Assembly (NCBI GenBank): GCA_944342015.1
Contig: CALVMC010000001.1
Coordinates: 327,645 to 391,644 of the forward strand
DNA from: an uncultured Clostridia bacterium
GTDB lineage: Bacteria; Bacillota; Clostridia; Christensenellales; CALVMC01
Length of the DNA: 64,000 nt
Reading direction: 5' to 3'
The position numbers were made by a program, and so were the translations under genes. The notes under the pieces were generated by a model that saw only the letters and a program-made list of their open reading frames with translations, ran no database searches and had not been told where the DNA came from. Every line of letters starts with the position of its first letter. Positions within the stretch are counted from its first letter, which is position 1. Below, piece by piece: positions 29,954 through 37,598 of the stretch.

Positions 29954-30952
29954 TTGAATAACGATAATAATTTTAATTATCTTAATTTAAGCGAACTGAT
30001 TAACCTGTGCGACTTTCAAAAATTACAGGACGAACTTGCCCGCCCTTTAAAAATGTCTTTAATCGCAGTCGATTATACCGGTAAGCCTTTGACAGAGCAT
30101 AGCTGTTGCAGCGAATTCTGTAAATTGGTTCGCTCTATACCAAAATACAAAAAATTATGTGAAAAATGCGATTCATACGGCGGTTTGGAAGCTGCACGCT
30201 CGAAACATACATACATTTATGCGTGCCATATGGGAATTATTGATTTTGCCGTTCCCATTTTCTACAAAGACTATTATTTAGGAGCGATAATGTGCGGACA
30301 GGTACTTCTCGATAAACCGTATGAAAATTATAATATCAAAACCGTCGTTACCGAAAACAGTAAAGACGAAATTCCCCTTTTCGATACAAAAAACTTTTAC
30401 GGAAAATTGAGCAAGGTAAATTTCGAACAACTTAAAGATTATTCCGATTTAATTTATTACATATCCAACTATGCATTTTCTTCGGTTATGAATTTGAAAA
30501 AACCAATTCCCGCAGTTTCCGAAGAAAATTTAATCCCTGAACAAATTTCGGAAGATAAAGCAACCGATAATTCGGAAAACGAGCAATCTAACGATATAAA
30601 ATACATTCCCTCTGCAATAGATCCGGCAATACGCTATGTAAATTCAAATTACAGTAAAACCATAAACACAGAACTTCTTGCAAGTCTTTGTAATATAAGT
30701 TCGAGTTATTTCAGCAAACTGTTTAGAAAGGTTATGCGTCAGGGCATTACAGAATATGTTAATAAAGTCAGAGTAGAAGCCGCTAAAAACCTACTTGTGA
30801 CCACCCGACTTACCATAATTTCGATAGCGTTTGAATGCGGGTTCGAAGACAGCGGCTACTTTATAAAAGTATTTAAAAAATTTACGGGATTAACTCCTAA
30901 CCAATACAGAATAACAAACAGTAAAATAGAACTTTTCAATTCTTCCCTTTAA
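29954..30952 (+). CDS. PocR-sensor / AraC-family transcriptional regulator
   Basis: The N-terminal Cys-rich PocR-like domain spans LIAVDYTGKPLTEHSCCSEFC...ACHMGIIDFAVPI. The C-terminal AraC HTH includes GFEDSGYFIKVFKKFTGLTPNQYR. TTG start with a weak SD. Confidence 0.8.
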   Translation: MNNDNNFNYLNLSELINLCDFQKLQDELARPLKMSLIAVDYTGKPLTEHSCCSEFCKLVRSIPKYKKLCEKCDSYGGLEAARSKHTYIYACHMGIIDFAVPIFYKDYYLGAIMCGQVLLDKPYENYNIKTVVTENSKDEIPLFDTKNFYGKLSKVNFEQLKDYSDLIYYISNYAFSSVMNLKKPIPAVSEENLIPEQISEDKATDNSENEQSNDIKYIPSAIDPAIRYVNSNYSKTINTELLASLCNISSSYFSKLFRKVMRQGITEYVNKVRVEAAKNLLVTTRLTIISIAFECGFEDSGYFIKVFKKFTGLTPNQYRITNSKIELFNSSL

Positions 30953-31155
30953 TAATAAATCATACTGAATTATAATTTAAAAACTATAAGGTAATAAAGC
31001 TGATAAAATTGTCTGAGGACAATTTTTCTGCGCCGAATAGTGCTAAAAATTACTATAAAATTTTACTATATAATGTCCGTTTTTTTTAATGCTACTTTTA
31101 AAGAAATGTTCTATAATATAAATAATAACTCTATGTTAAAAAAAGGAGAAAAATT

Positions 31156-32307
31156 ATGAGAAAAGCATTTATTTGTCCAACAAAATTTGTACAAGGCGAA
31201 GACGAGCTTTTAAACCTCGGCTACTTCGTATCAACCTTCGGAAAGAAGGCGTTATTGATAGCACATAAAGACGATGTCGCTCGTGTTGCTTCAAAACTCG
31301 ACGCTACCGAAAAGAAATTCGGAATAAGCCTCGTTAAAGCACCTTTCAAAGGCGAATGTTCAAGATCGGAAGTCGCAGAATTGCAGAAAATAGCAAAAGA
31401 AAATAAATGCGACTGTATCATAGGTCTTGGCGGCGGTAAAGCCATCGATACATCTAAGTGCGTTGCAGAAGGCGGTGCACTTATTATTTGTCCTACAATA
31501 GCAGCAACCGATGCTCCGACAAGCCACTCAGCCGTTCTTTACCACGAAGACGGAGCTTTCGATGATTATGCATATTTCAAACAAAGCCCCAGCGTAGTAC
31601 TTATCGACACAACGGTTATAGCAAATGCACCGGTAAGATTTCTTGTATCGGGAATGGGCGACGCACTTTCAACTTATTTTGAAGCCCGTGCAACACATAA
31701 CAGTTTCAGCAACGTAAACGCAGGACTTCCCTGCGGAGCAAGAGAAGGCAAATGTCCTCCTGCAAAAGGAACTGAAACAGCTCTTAACCTTGCAAGACTT
31801 TGCTATGAATCTCTTATTTCAGACGGACTCAAAGCAAAACAGGCTTGTGAATGTAAAGTAGTTACACAGTCTCTTGAAAAAATCATTGAAACAAACATAC
31901 TTCTTTCGGGACTCGGATTTGAAAGCGGCGGTCTTGCAGCAGCACACGCAGTAGCAAACGGCCTTACCATACTCGAAGGAACTCATAAATATTTCCACGG
32001 TGAAAAAGTTGCATTCGGAACACTTACTCAGCTTATACTTGAAAATTCCCCAATGGAAGAAATTGAAGAAGTACTTTCATTCTGTCTCAGCGTTGGACTT
32101 CCCGTATGCTTAAAAGATATCGGAAGCAGCGCAGAAGAACTTACCAAAAACAACAATGCATTATTAAAACAAGTAGCTGAAAAAGCTTGCATACCCGACG
32201 AATCTATACATTCAATGCCCTTCCCTGTAACAGCGGACATGGTTGCAGCAGCAATAATTGCAGCAGACAAACTCGGAAGCACAGCCAAAGAAGAATGCTG
32301 CTGCTAA
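31156..32307 (+). CDS. gldA: Glycerol dehydrogenase (iron-containing ADH family)
   Basis: 383 aa with GLGGGKAIDT and metal-binding His contexts (AAAHAVANG, HGEKVAFG). Followed by dhaKL. Confidence 0.88.
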   Translation: MRKAFICPTKFVQGEDELLNLGYFVSTFGKKALLIAHKDDVARVASKLDATEKKFGISLVKAPFKGECSRSEVAELQKIAKENKCDCIIGLGGGKAIDTSKCVAEGGALIICPTIAATDAPTSHSAVLYHEDGAFDDYAYFKQSPSVVLIDTTVIANAPVRFLVSGMGDALSTYFEARATHNSFSNVNAGLPCGAREGKCPPAKGTETALNLARLCYESLISDGLKAKQACECKVVTQSLEKIIETNILLSGLGFESGGLAAAHAVANGLTILEGTHKYFHGEKVAFGTLTQLILENSPMEEIEEVLSFCLSVGLPVCLKDIGSSAEELTKNNNALLKQVAEKACIPDESIHSMPFPVTADMVAAAIIAADKLGSTAKEECCC

Positions 32308-32327
32308 TTTGAACAGGAGAAATAACT

Positions 32328-33320
32328 ATGAAAAAGATAATTAATAAACCGGAAACTTTTGTTATAGAAATGTGCCAAGGTCTTGCAAAAGCACATCCCG
32401 AACTTGAATTTATTGAAAAACACAAAATAGTAAAAAAGAAAGATATAAATAAAGATAAAGTAACCTTGATAAGCGGCGGCGGTAGCGGTCACGAACCGGC
32501 ACACGCAGGTTTTGTAGGAAAAGGAATGCTCGATGTTGCAGTATGCGGCGATGTATTTGCGTCCCCTACAACTATTCAGGTATATAATGCAATATGCAAA
32601 TCTGCTTCTAAAAAAGGAACCCTTCTTATCATAAAAAATTACAGCGGTGACTGTATGAACTTCGACGGTGCAGCTGAGATGGCAAAAGAAGACGACGATA
32701 TCAATGTAGAACAGGTTTATGTAAACGACGATATCGCAGTTAAAGATTCCCTTTACACTGTCGGAAGAAGAGGCGTCGCAGGCACAGTATTTGTACACAA
32801 AATTGCAGGTGCAGCTGCTGAAAAAGGCAAGAGTCTTAAAGAAGTAAAAGAAGTTGCAAACAAGGCAATCGCAAATGTTAGAAGTTTAGGTTTTGCGCTT
32901 ACCTCCTGTACCGTTCCCGCAAAAGGCACTCCTACTTTTGACATCGGCGATAACGAAATGGAATTCGGCGTAGGAATTCACGGTGAACCAGGAATAGCAA
33001 GAGAAAAGATTCAATCGAGCGATGAACTTGCAAACAGAATAGTCAATGCAATCATAACCGATTTAAAACTTAAACAAGGCGATGAAATTGCACTTTTAAT
33101 TAACGGCTTCGGAGCAACTCCGCTTCAAGAACTTTATCTTTTCAATAATTCGGTAAGCAATGTACTTGAAGAAAAGAAGATAAACATTTACAAAACTTTA
33201 GTAGGCAACTATATGACTGCTATCGATATGGCAGGTGCGTCGGTATCCATTCTTAAACTTGACGCAGAACTTAAAGAACTGTTAGATTGTGAGGTTAACA
33301 CCCCTGCACTCAAATTATAA
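32328..33320 (+). CDS. dhaK: Dihydroxyacetone kinase subunit DhaK
   Basis: 330 aa with the SGGGSGHEPAHAGFVG motif. Confidence 0.9.
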   Translation: MKKIINKPETFVIEMCQGLAKAHPELEFIEKHKIVKKKDINKDKVTLISGGGSGHEPAHAGFVGKGMLDVAVCGDVFASPTTIQVYNAICKSASKKGTLLIIKNYSGDCMNFDGAAEMAKEDDDINVEQVYVNDDIAVKDSLYTVGRRGVAGTVFVHKIAGAAAEKGKSLKEVKEVANKAIANVRSLGFALTSCTVPAKGTPTFDIGDNEMEFGVGIHGEPGIAREKIQSSDELANRIVNAIITDLKLKQGDEIALLINGFGATPLQELYLFNNSVSNVLEEKKINIYKTLVGNYMTAIDMAGASVSILKLDAELKELLDCEVNTPALKL

Positions 33321-33332
33321 TCGGAGGACAAA

Positions 33333-33989
33333 ATGAATAAACTTACCACACAAGATTTTATATTTATGGTTGACACAATGGCAAATATTATCATTGAAAA
33401 CGAAGTTCCGTTCTGCGAACTCGATTCAGCCGCAGGCGACGGAGATTTCGGAATGTCGGTTGCTAAAGGCTTCAAGCAGCTAAAAAAAGACTGGAACGAT
33501 GTAGATAAAGACGATATCGGTTCATTCCTTAAAGGTTGCGGTATGATAATATTAGAATACTGTGGCGGCGCTTCCGGTCCTATCTGGGGCTCAGCTTTCC
33601 GTGGCGCAGCAAAATGTATAGGAGACGCAAAAGAAACCGATCTTCAAGGACTTGCAGATATAATGCAAGCAGCAGCCGAAGCTGTATATAAAACCGGTGA
33701 AAAGTCTTTCGGAAAAGGAGCAGTTGTCGGAGATAAAACTCTTATCGACGCATTGGTTCCCTGCGCCGATTCACTTACAGCAAGCGCAAAAGCCGGCGAA
33801 GAACTTATACCCGCAATGAAAAAAGCTGCTCAGGCAGCCGTTGACGGTGCAGAAAAGACAAAATATATTTCAGCTAAAATGGGAAGAGCTGCAAATGTAG
33901 GCGACAGAAGCCTTAACTACCCTGACGCAGGAGCTTATGCTCTCGGTGTAATATTTACCGGCATAAGCGAAGCTATGGCAAAAAAGTAA
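33333..33989 (+). CDS. dhaL: Dihydroxyacetone kinase subunit DhaL
   Basis: 218 aa with the DSAAGDGDFG nucleotide/Mg-binding motif. Confidence 0.9.
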   Translation: MNKLTTQDFIFMVDTMANIIIENEVPFCELDSAAGDGDFGMSVAKGFKQLKKDWNDVDKDDIGSFLKGCGMIILEYCGGASGPIWGSAFRGAAKCIGDAKETDLQGLADIMQAAAEAVYKTGEKSFGKGAVVGDKTLIDALVPCADSLTASAKAGEELIPAMKKAAQAAVDGAEKTKYISAKMGRAANVGDRSLNYPDAGAYALGVIFTGISEAMAKK

Positions 33990-34006
33990 TACAATAAATA
34001 GTCAAT

Positions 34007-34038
34007 AAAAGAACCGCTTAAACAGCGGTTTTTTTATT
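34007..34038 (+). terminator. Rho-independent terminator of the dha operon
   Basis: AAAAGAACCGCT-TAAAC-AGCGGTTTTTTT. Confidence 0.8.
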
Positions 34039-34229
34039 TTGTTTTAATATAAATTAAATAAATAAAAAATTAAAATTAAACGAAAAATGACGAATAAATT
34101 TAATATTTTTTTATAATGATATTTTTATATTTTAAAAATGTCTTTTATTCGCTATCTTTTTTTATTTTTTTATGTTATACTCTTACTGTAAAAGATATTT
34201 CTTTTATAATAACTTTTAGGAGGTACAAA

Positions 34230-34457
34230 ATGCAAAAAACTGTTAAAGGTAAAGTCTACGATACGGAAAAAATGACCATCGTTAAAAATAAGACTCAAGG
34301 CACATACGGCGATCCTGCGGGATACGAAGAAATATTATTTATGGCAGATGACGGTGCATATTTCCTTTATACGAACGGCGGTGAAGCTTCCCCTTACAAT
34401 AAAGAGAAATTAACTTCTATGTGCAAAGCAAAAGCAGAAGCTTATAAAAACAGCTAA
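34230..34457 (+). CDS. Small hypothetical protein (75 aa)
   Basis: The ATG at 34230 is preceded by TAGGAGGT. The upstream part of the ORF-track ORF (34116-34229) is AT-rich sequence translated as hydrophobic residues and is unlikely to be coding. Confidence 0.45.
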   Translation: MQKTVKGKVYDTEKMTIVKNKTQGTYGDPAGYEEILFMADDGAYFLYTNGGEASPYNKEKLTSMCKAKAEAYKNS

Positions 34458-34492
34458 TAGTTTATTAATGTTTAATATTAACTTATTAGATT

Positions 34493-34519
34493 AAAAGAAC
34501 GGTTTACCGTTCTTTTTTA
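34493..34519 (+). terminator. Rho-independent terminator
   Basis: AAAAGAACGG-TTTA-CCGTTCTTTTTT. Confidence 0.75.
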
Positions 34520-34628
34520 ATAAAACTTTAATTAAATTAAAGAATAATTCAATGTATTTCAATATATAAAAAATTAATCTAATTAAACATATATACCATA
34601 TTTTCTATAATTGATTAATTTATTATAT

Positions 34629-34709
34629 TAATTTGTATCGATTATTTTTTTAAATTAATTTTTATCGATTTATTTTTTATACTAATTTTTATCGAATCAG
34701 TTAATTAAA
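34629..34709. repeat. Three tandem 27-bp direct repeats with conserved TAATTT(G/T)TATCGA(T/A)T core
   Basis: Units start at 34629, 34656 and 34683 (exact 27-bp period). The first 15 nt are conserved and the third unit degenerates into the adjacent terminator. Confidence 0.7.
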
Positions 34710-34734
34710 AAAGACCGATAATATCGGTCTTTTA
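34706..34734 (-). terminator. Rho-independent terminator of the actin-like operon (bidirectional shape)
   Basis: AGACCGA (34712-34718) / TCGGTCT (34724-34730) with loop TAATA. T5 follows on the minus strand and TTT on the plus strand. Confidence 0.7.
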
Positions 34735-34764
34735 AATACATTGATAATAATGAATTTAAGCAAC

Positions 34765-36063
34765 TTATTTTTTCAACAAACTGAGAAGAAAATCTCTTCC
34801 TGCCGCCTCACCGTCAGGCGGAGTATCTTCACCCATAAGAGACGAAGCAAACGGATTACTTGCTTTGCCCCCTTTACTACCTGAGGAAGACTTTGCAGGT
34901 TCTCTTCTTTCAATAACCTCTTGCTGTTTAGGAGGCTTATAGTTCGGATTAGCTGTTTTAGAAGACGAAGCTGGTTGCTGCTGAGGAGCAGGAGCGGCTT
35001 CTGCGACAATAGGTTCAGGTGCGGGAGCTGCTGCAACAGGTTCAACAGTCTGAACAGGTTGCGGAGCCGGAGTCGGAGCCGGAGCCGGCGCAGGAGCAGC
35101 AGGAGGTGCAGCCTGGATAACAGGCGGCGCTTGCTGAACTATCGGCTCAGATTGCTGTTGAACAGGTTGTTGCGGTACTTGTTGCACTTGTTGAACTTGT
35201 GGTTGATATTGCTGTTGAGTAGGAGGCGCAACATTTACATACTGAGGCTGAGCAGGCATTGAGGGTTGCATTTGAGTTGCCATAACAGGTTGCTGTTGTT
35301 GCATAGGAATTTGCTGGTTAGTCATACCCTGTTGAATCGGTTGCTGAGCCGGCATATTAGAAATTCTCGGACCTGCAACACCGTTTTGCATTTGCTGTTG
35401 CAAAAGTCTTTGTTGCTGATCAACCATTTGTTGCTGCATCATCATTTGCTGCTGCATAAACTGCCTTTGCTGATCGGCCATTTGTTGCATTTGTGCTTGA
35501 ATTTTTTGCTCGGCTACTTGTTGTTGTAAAGCCTGTCTCTGTTGTTCAACTAACTGTCTTTGCTGTTCTATATATTGATTTTGAAGTCTTTGCTGACCTA
35601 AAAATCCGCTATATGTACCCGTCTGCGGAGCTTGCTGGTCGTAACCGTTAGAATTAAAAGCAGAACCGAACCTGGAAACATTATTTAAAAATCTCGGAAC
35701 ATTTTCATTACTAAGTCTCATATAGTCTCTTGAACGCAAGTAATCGCTACCGGGTTGTTCAAAATTGTTATTTGCAGTATTAAGATTAATACCTTGCGCA
35801 TGAGCTACATTGACAAGTTGATTTTCCATTTTTGCGAAGCAACGGAGTACTTCTTGGACTTTATTATGAATACGCCCGATAATTACTCCGTTGATATCGC
35901 TTACTCTACTGTTGTTAAGTTTGGCAATTATGTTAAGAGCAATTTTCAAATACTGCATATCAAGATACTGAGAAGTAACGATTTCTTCCAAAGCGAAATC
36001 AGCATCGTTTCTCATACCGTTTCTACCGTATTTATCGTTGAAACTGCCGTTATTATTATACAT
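34765..36063 (-). CDS. Q/P/A-rich low-complexity protein (432 aa): folded N-terminal region, long disordered region, short amphipathic C-terminal peptide
   Basis: The ATG at 36063 is preceded by GAGGTGG. The sequence has runs such as QQQMMMQQQMVDQQQRLLQQQMQ and APAPAPAPTPAP and ends GRDFLLSLLKK. It lies immediately downstream of the ParM-like gene. Confidence 0.7.
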   Translation of the reverse strand: MYNNNGSFNDKYGRNGMRNDADFALEEIVTSQYLDMQYLKIALNIIAKLNNSRVSDINGVIIGRIHNKVQEVLRCFAKMENQLVNVAHAQGINLNTANNNFEQPGSDYLRSRDYMRLSNENVPRFLNNVSRFGSAFNSNGYDQQAPQTGTYSGFLGQQRLQNQYIEQQRQLVEQQRQALQQQVAEQKIQAQMQQMADQQRQFMQQQMMMQQQMVDQQQRLLQQQMQNGVAGPRISNMPAQQPIQQGMTNQQIPMQQQQPVMATQMQPSMPAQPQYVNVAPPTQQQYQPQVQQVQQVPQQPVQQQSEPIVQQAPPVIQAAPPAAPAPAPAPTPAPQPVQTVEPVAAAPAPEPIVAEAAPAPQQQPASSSKTANPNYKPPKQQEVIERREPAKSSSGSKGGKASNPFASSLMGEDTPPDGEAAGRDFLLSLLKK

Positions 36064-36122
36064 AATTACCACCTCATTCCGCATCTGCGGAAAACTTCTG
36101 TTAAACTACTCAGAAAACCGAA

Positions 36123-37166
36123 TTAGAATTTACCTAAAAGATAGAAACCTCTGCAGTTAGAAATCTGAGCATTTTCTTTAATTACAAGACGGCTGTCCTG
36201 GAACTGATCTCTAAGTTCTTTTTCAAATAACATAGCGCCACCGCCGGTAAGAATAATTCTGTAAAACTGAGAGAATTCGAGACCTAATGACATAACCTTC
36301 TGATAAATAGTTCTTGCGCTATCCATCTTATGTTCAGCAACAATACTGCTTAAATCGAATTCACCGAAAGGAGTTTCAATTGTAGTAGATTGTAAAAGCT
36401 GATTATCCAATTCGTGAGCGTTAAGACCGTAAATATTAGCTTCAGGCATTCTGTTGTTGACATCTTCCTGAATACTTGCTATATAGTCCGAAACACCGAT
36501 TTCGAAACCGAATGTCGAACGGACTTTACTTGATTCAAGAATAGCCAAGTCAAGAGTACCCCAACCTATATCGATAACGATTACCTTTTTCTTTAAGAGA
36601 CCCGGGTTGATATATTCGCCGTTATCGTCAACCATATAGTCATACATAGTACCGAGAGGCTGAGCTACGACTAGAACGTCAACTACATCGAAAGTAATTT
36701 CGTCAACTTTTGCCCAAGTAACTTCTTTAACGGTATGAACACCGAGAAGAGTTTCTTTAAGTTTGTTGATGACTTCGGTATTTTTAGCATAGTTACTGGG
36801 AACACCGGTAACAACTCTGATTTTTTCGACTTTACCGGGAGTTAAAAGTTTTGAAAGACCGATAACCGATTCAACCTGGAAGTCATCTGAACGGTATCTC
36901 TGTTGTCCACGACCGCCGGAACCCATAACCGAGAGGTCGCCGACTTCGTAAACTTCGTTGTTGTAAACATACATTTTGTAATCAGTGTTAAATGAGAAAA
37001 TAACACCTGCGTCGTTAATCTTCTTCAAAGTATTCCTGTAAACGATACTAGCGTCGTCAGTGTAAGCCTTTAAAGTCGAGTTAGCAACGTCGATACCGAT
37101 AACTTTGGTATAAGCTAAATCTTCTCCTGATTGCATTTCCATTGCTTCTTCATTGTTCTTTTTCAT
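36123..37166 (-). CDS. ParM/StbA-family actin-like ATPase
   Basis: 347 aa with the actin-fold motifs VIGIDVANSTLK, VIVIDIGWGTLDLAI and IILTGGGAMLFE. The C-terminal NAQISNCRGFYLLGKF resembles the ParM ending. SD AAAGGAG. Confidence 0.85.
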   Translation of the reverse strand: MKKNNEEAMEMQSGEDLAYTKVIGIDVANSTLKAYTDDASIVYRNTLKKINDAGVIFSFNTDYKMYVYNNEVYEVGDLSVMGSGGRGQQRYRSDDFQVESVIGLSKLLTPGKVEKIRVVTGVPSNYAKNTEVINKLKETLLGVHTVKEVTWAKVDEITFDVVDVLVVAQPLGTMYDYMVDDNGEYINPGLLKKKVIVIDIGWGTLDLAILESSKVRSTFGFEIGVSDYIASIQEDVNNRMPEANIYGLNAHELDNQLLQSTTIETPFGEFDLSSIVAEHKMDSARTIYQKVMSLGLEFSQFYRIILTGGGAMLFEKELRDQFQDSRLVIKENAQISNCRGFYLLGKF

Positions 37167-37195
37167 AATCCGTCTCCTTTCATATCAATGTTGCT

Positions 37196-37507
37196 TTATT
37201 TTCTACCTATATGTTGTAGGTTTTTAATTTTATCTTCGATATCTTTACTTTTAAGTTCTTTAACTTCTTCTTTGACAACTTTTGTTTCTTGTAAAGCTAT
37301 TTCATTTTCGATCTGATTTTTATTCATATCGTAATTCAAAGCATCGGGTCCTTTTGGCTCTTCTTTAACTTCTTTTACTTTTTTAGGTCTGTTTTTAAGC
37401 TTAGGAAGCCAGAAAACGAAGAACAGAGTAATTAAAACTATAACGACAACTATAGCTATAATTATTGCTACTAAAACTCCGATATTATTTAAAAGATATT
37501 CCCACAT
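37196..37507 (-). CDS. Small bitopic membrane protein with K/E-rich coiled tail
   Basis: 103 aa with an N-terminal TM helix (IGVLVAIIIAIVVVIVLITLFFVFWL) followed by a charged helical region. SD AAGGGGTGAG. First gene of the operon. Confidence 0.6.
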   Translation of the reverse strand: MWEYLLNNIGVLVAIIIAIVVVIVLITLFFVFWLPKLKNRPKKVKEVKEEPKGPDALNYDMNKNQIENEIALQETKVVKEEVKELKSKDIEDKIKNLQHIGRK

Positions 37508-37545
37508 TGATGCTCACCCCTTGATAATACTTTTATAGTAAATAT

Positions 37546-37578
37546 ATTATATATCCTTAAGTGTTCCAAAAGTGTTCT
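37546..37578 (-). promoter_or_regulatory. Putative activator-dependent promoter of the actin-like operon
   Basis: Minus strand reads AGAACAC-tttt-GGAACAC (37578-37561), two heptamers 11 nt apart, then 9 nt, then TATAAT (37551-37546). There is no canonical -35. Confidence 0.55.
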
Positions 37579-37598
37579 TATTAATATCTGCCGATATA

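Noticed and set aside
32304-32798. 164-aa Cys-rich minus-strand ORF overlapping dhaK.
   Set aside because: It is antisense to a confidently identified gene, and its composition is a reverse-frame artefact.
34116-34229. N-terminal 38 codons of the ORF-track ORF 34116-34457 (hydrophobic, signal-peptide-like).
   Set aside because: This is extremely AT-rich sequence with no SD. A strong SD (TAGGAGGT) precedes the internal ATG at 34230, so the extension is probably a non-coding promoter region.
34773-35529. Three ORF-track ORFs overlapping the Q/P-rich gene: 34773-35045 on the same strand in another frame, and 34921-35262 and 35266-35529 antisense. All give R/L/S-rich products.
   Set aside because: They are alternative-frame and antisense translations of CAA/CAG/CCN-rich repeats. 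They have no SD and are wholly inside a better-supported gene.
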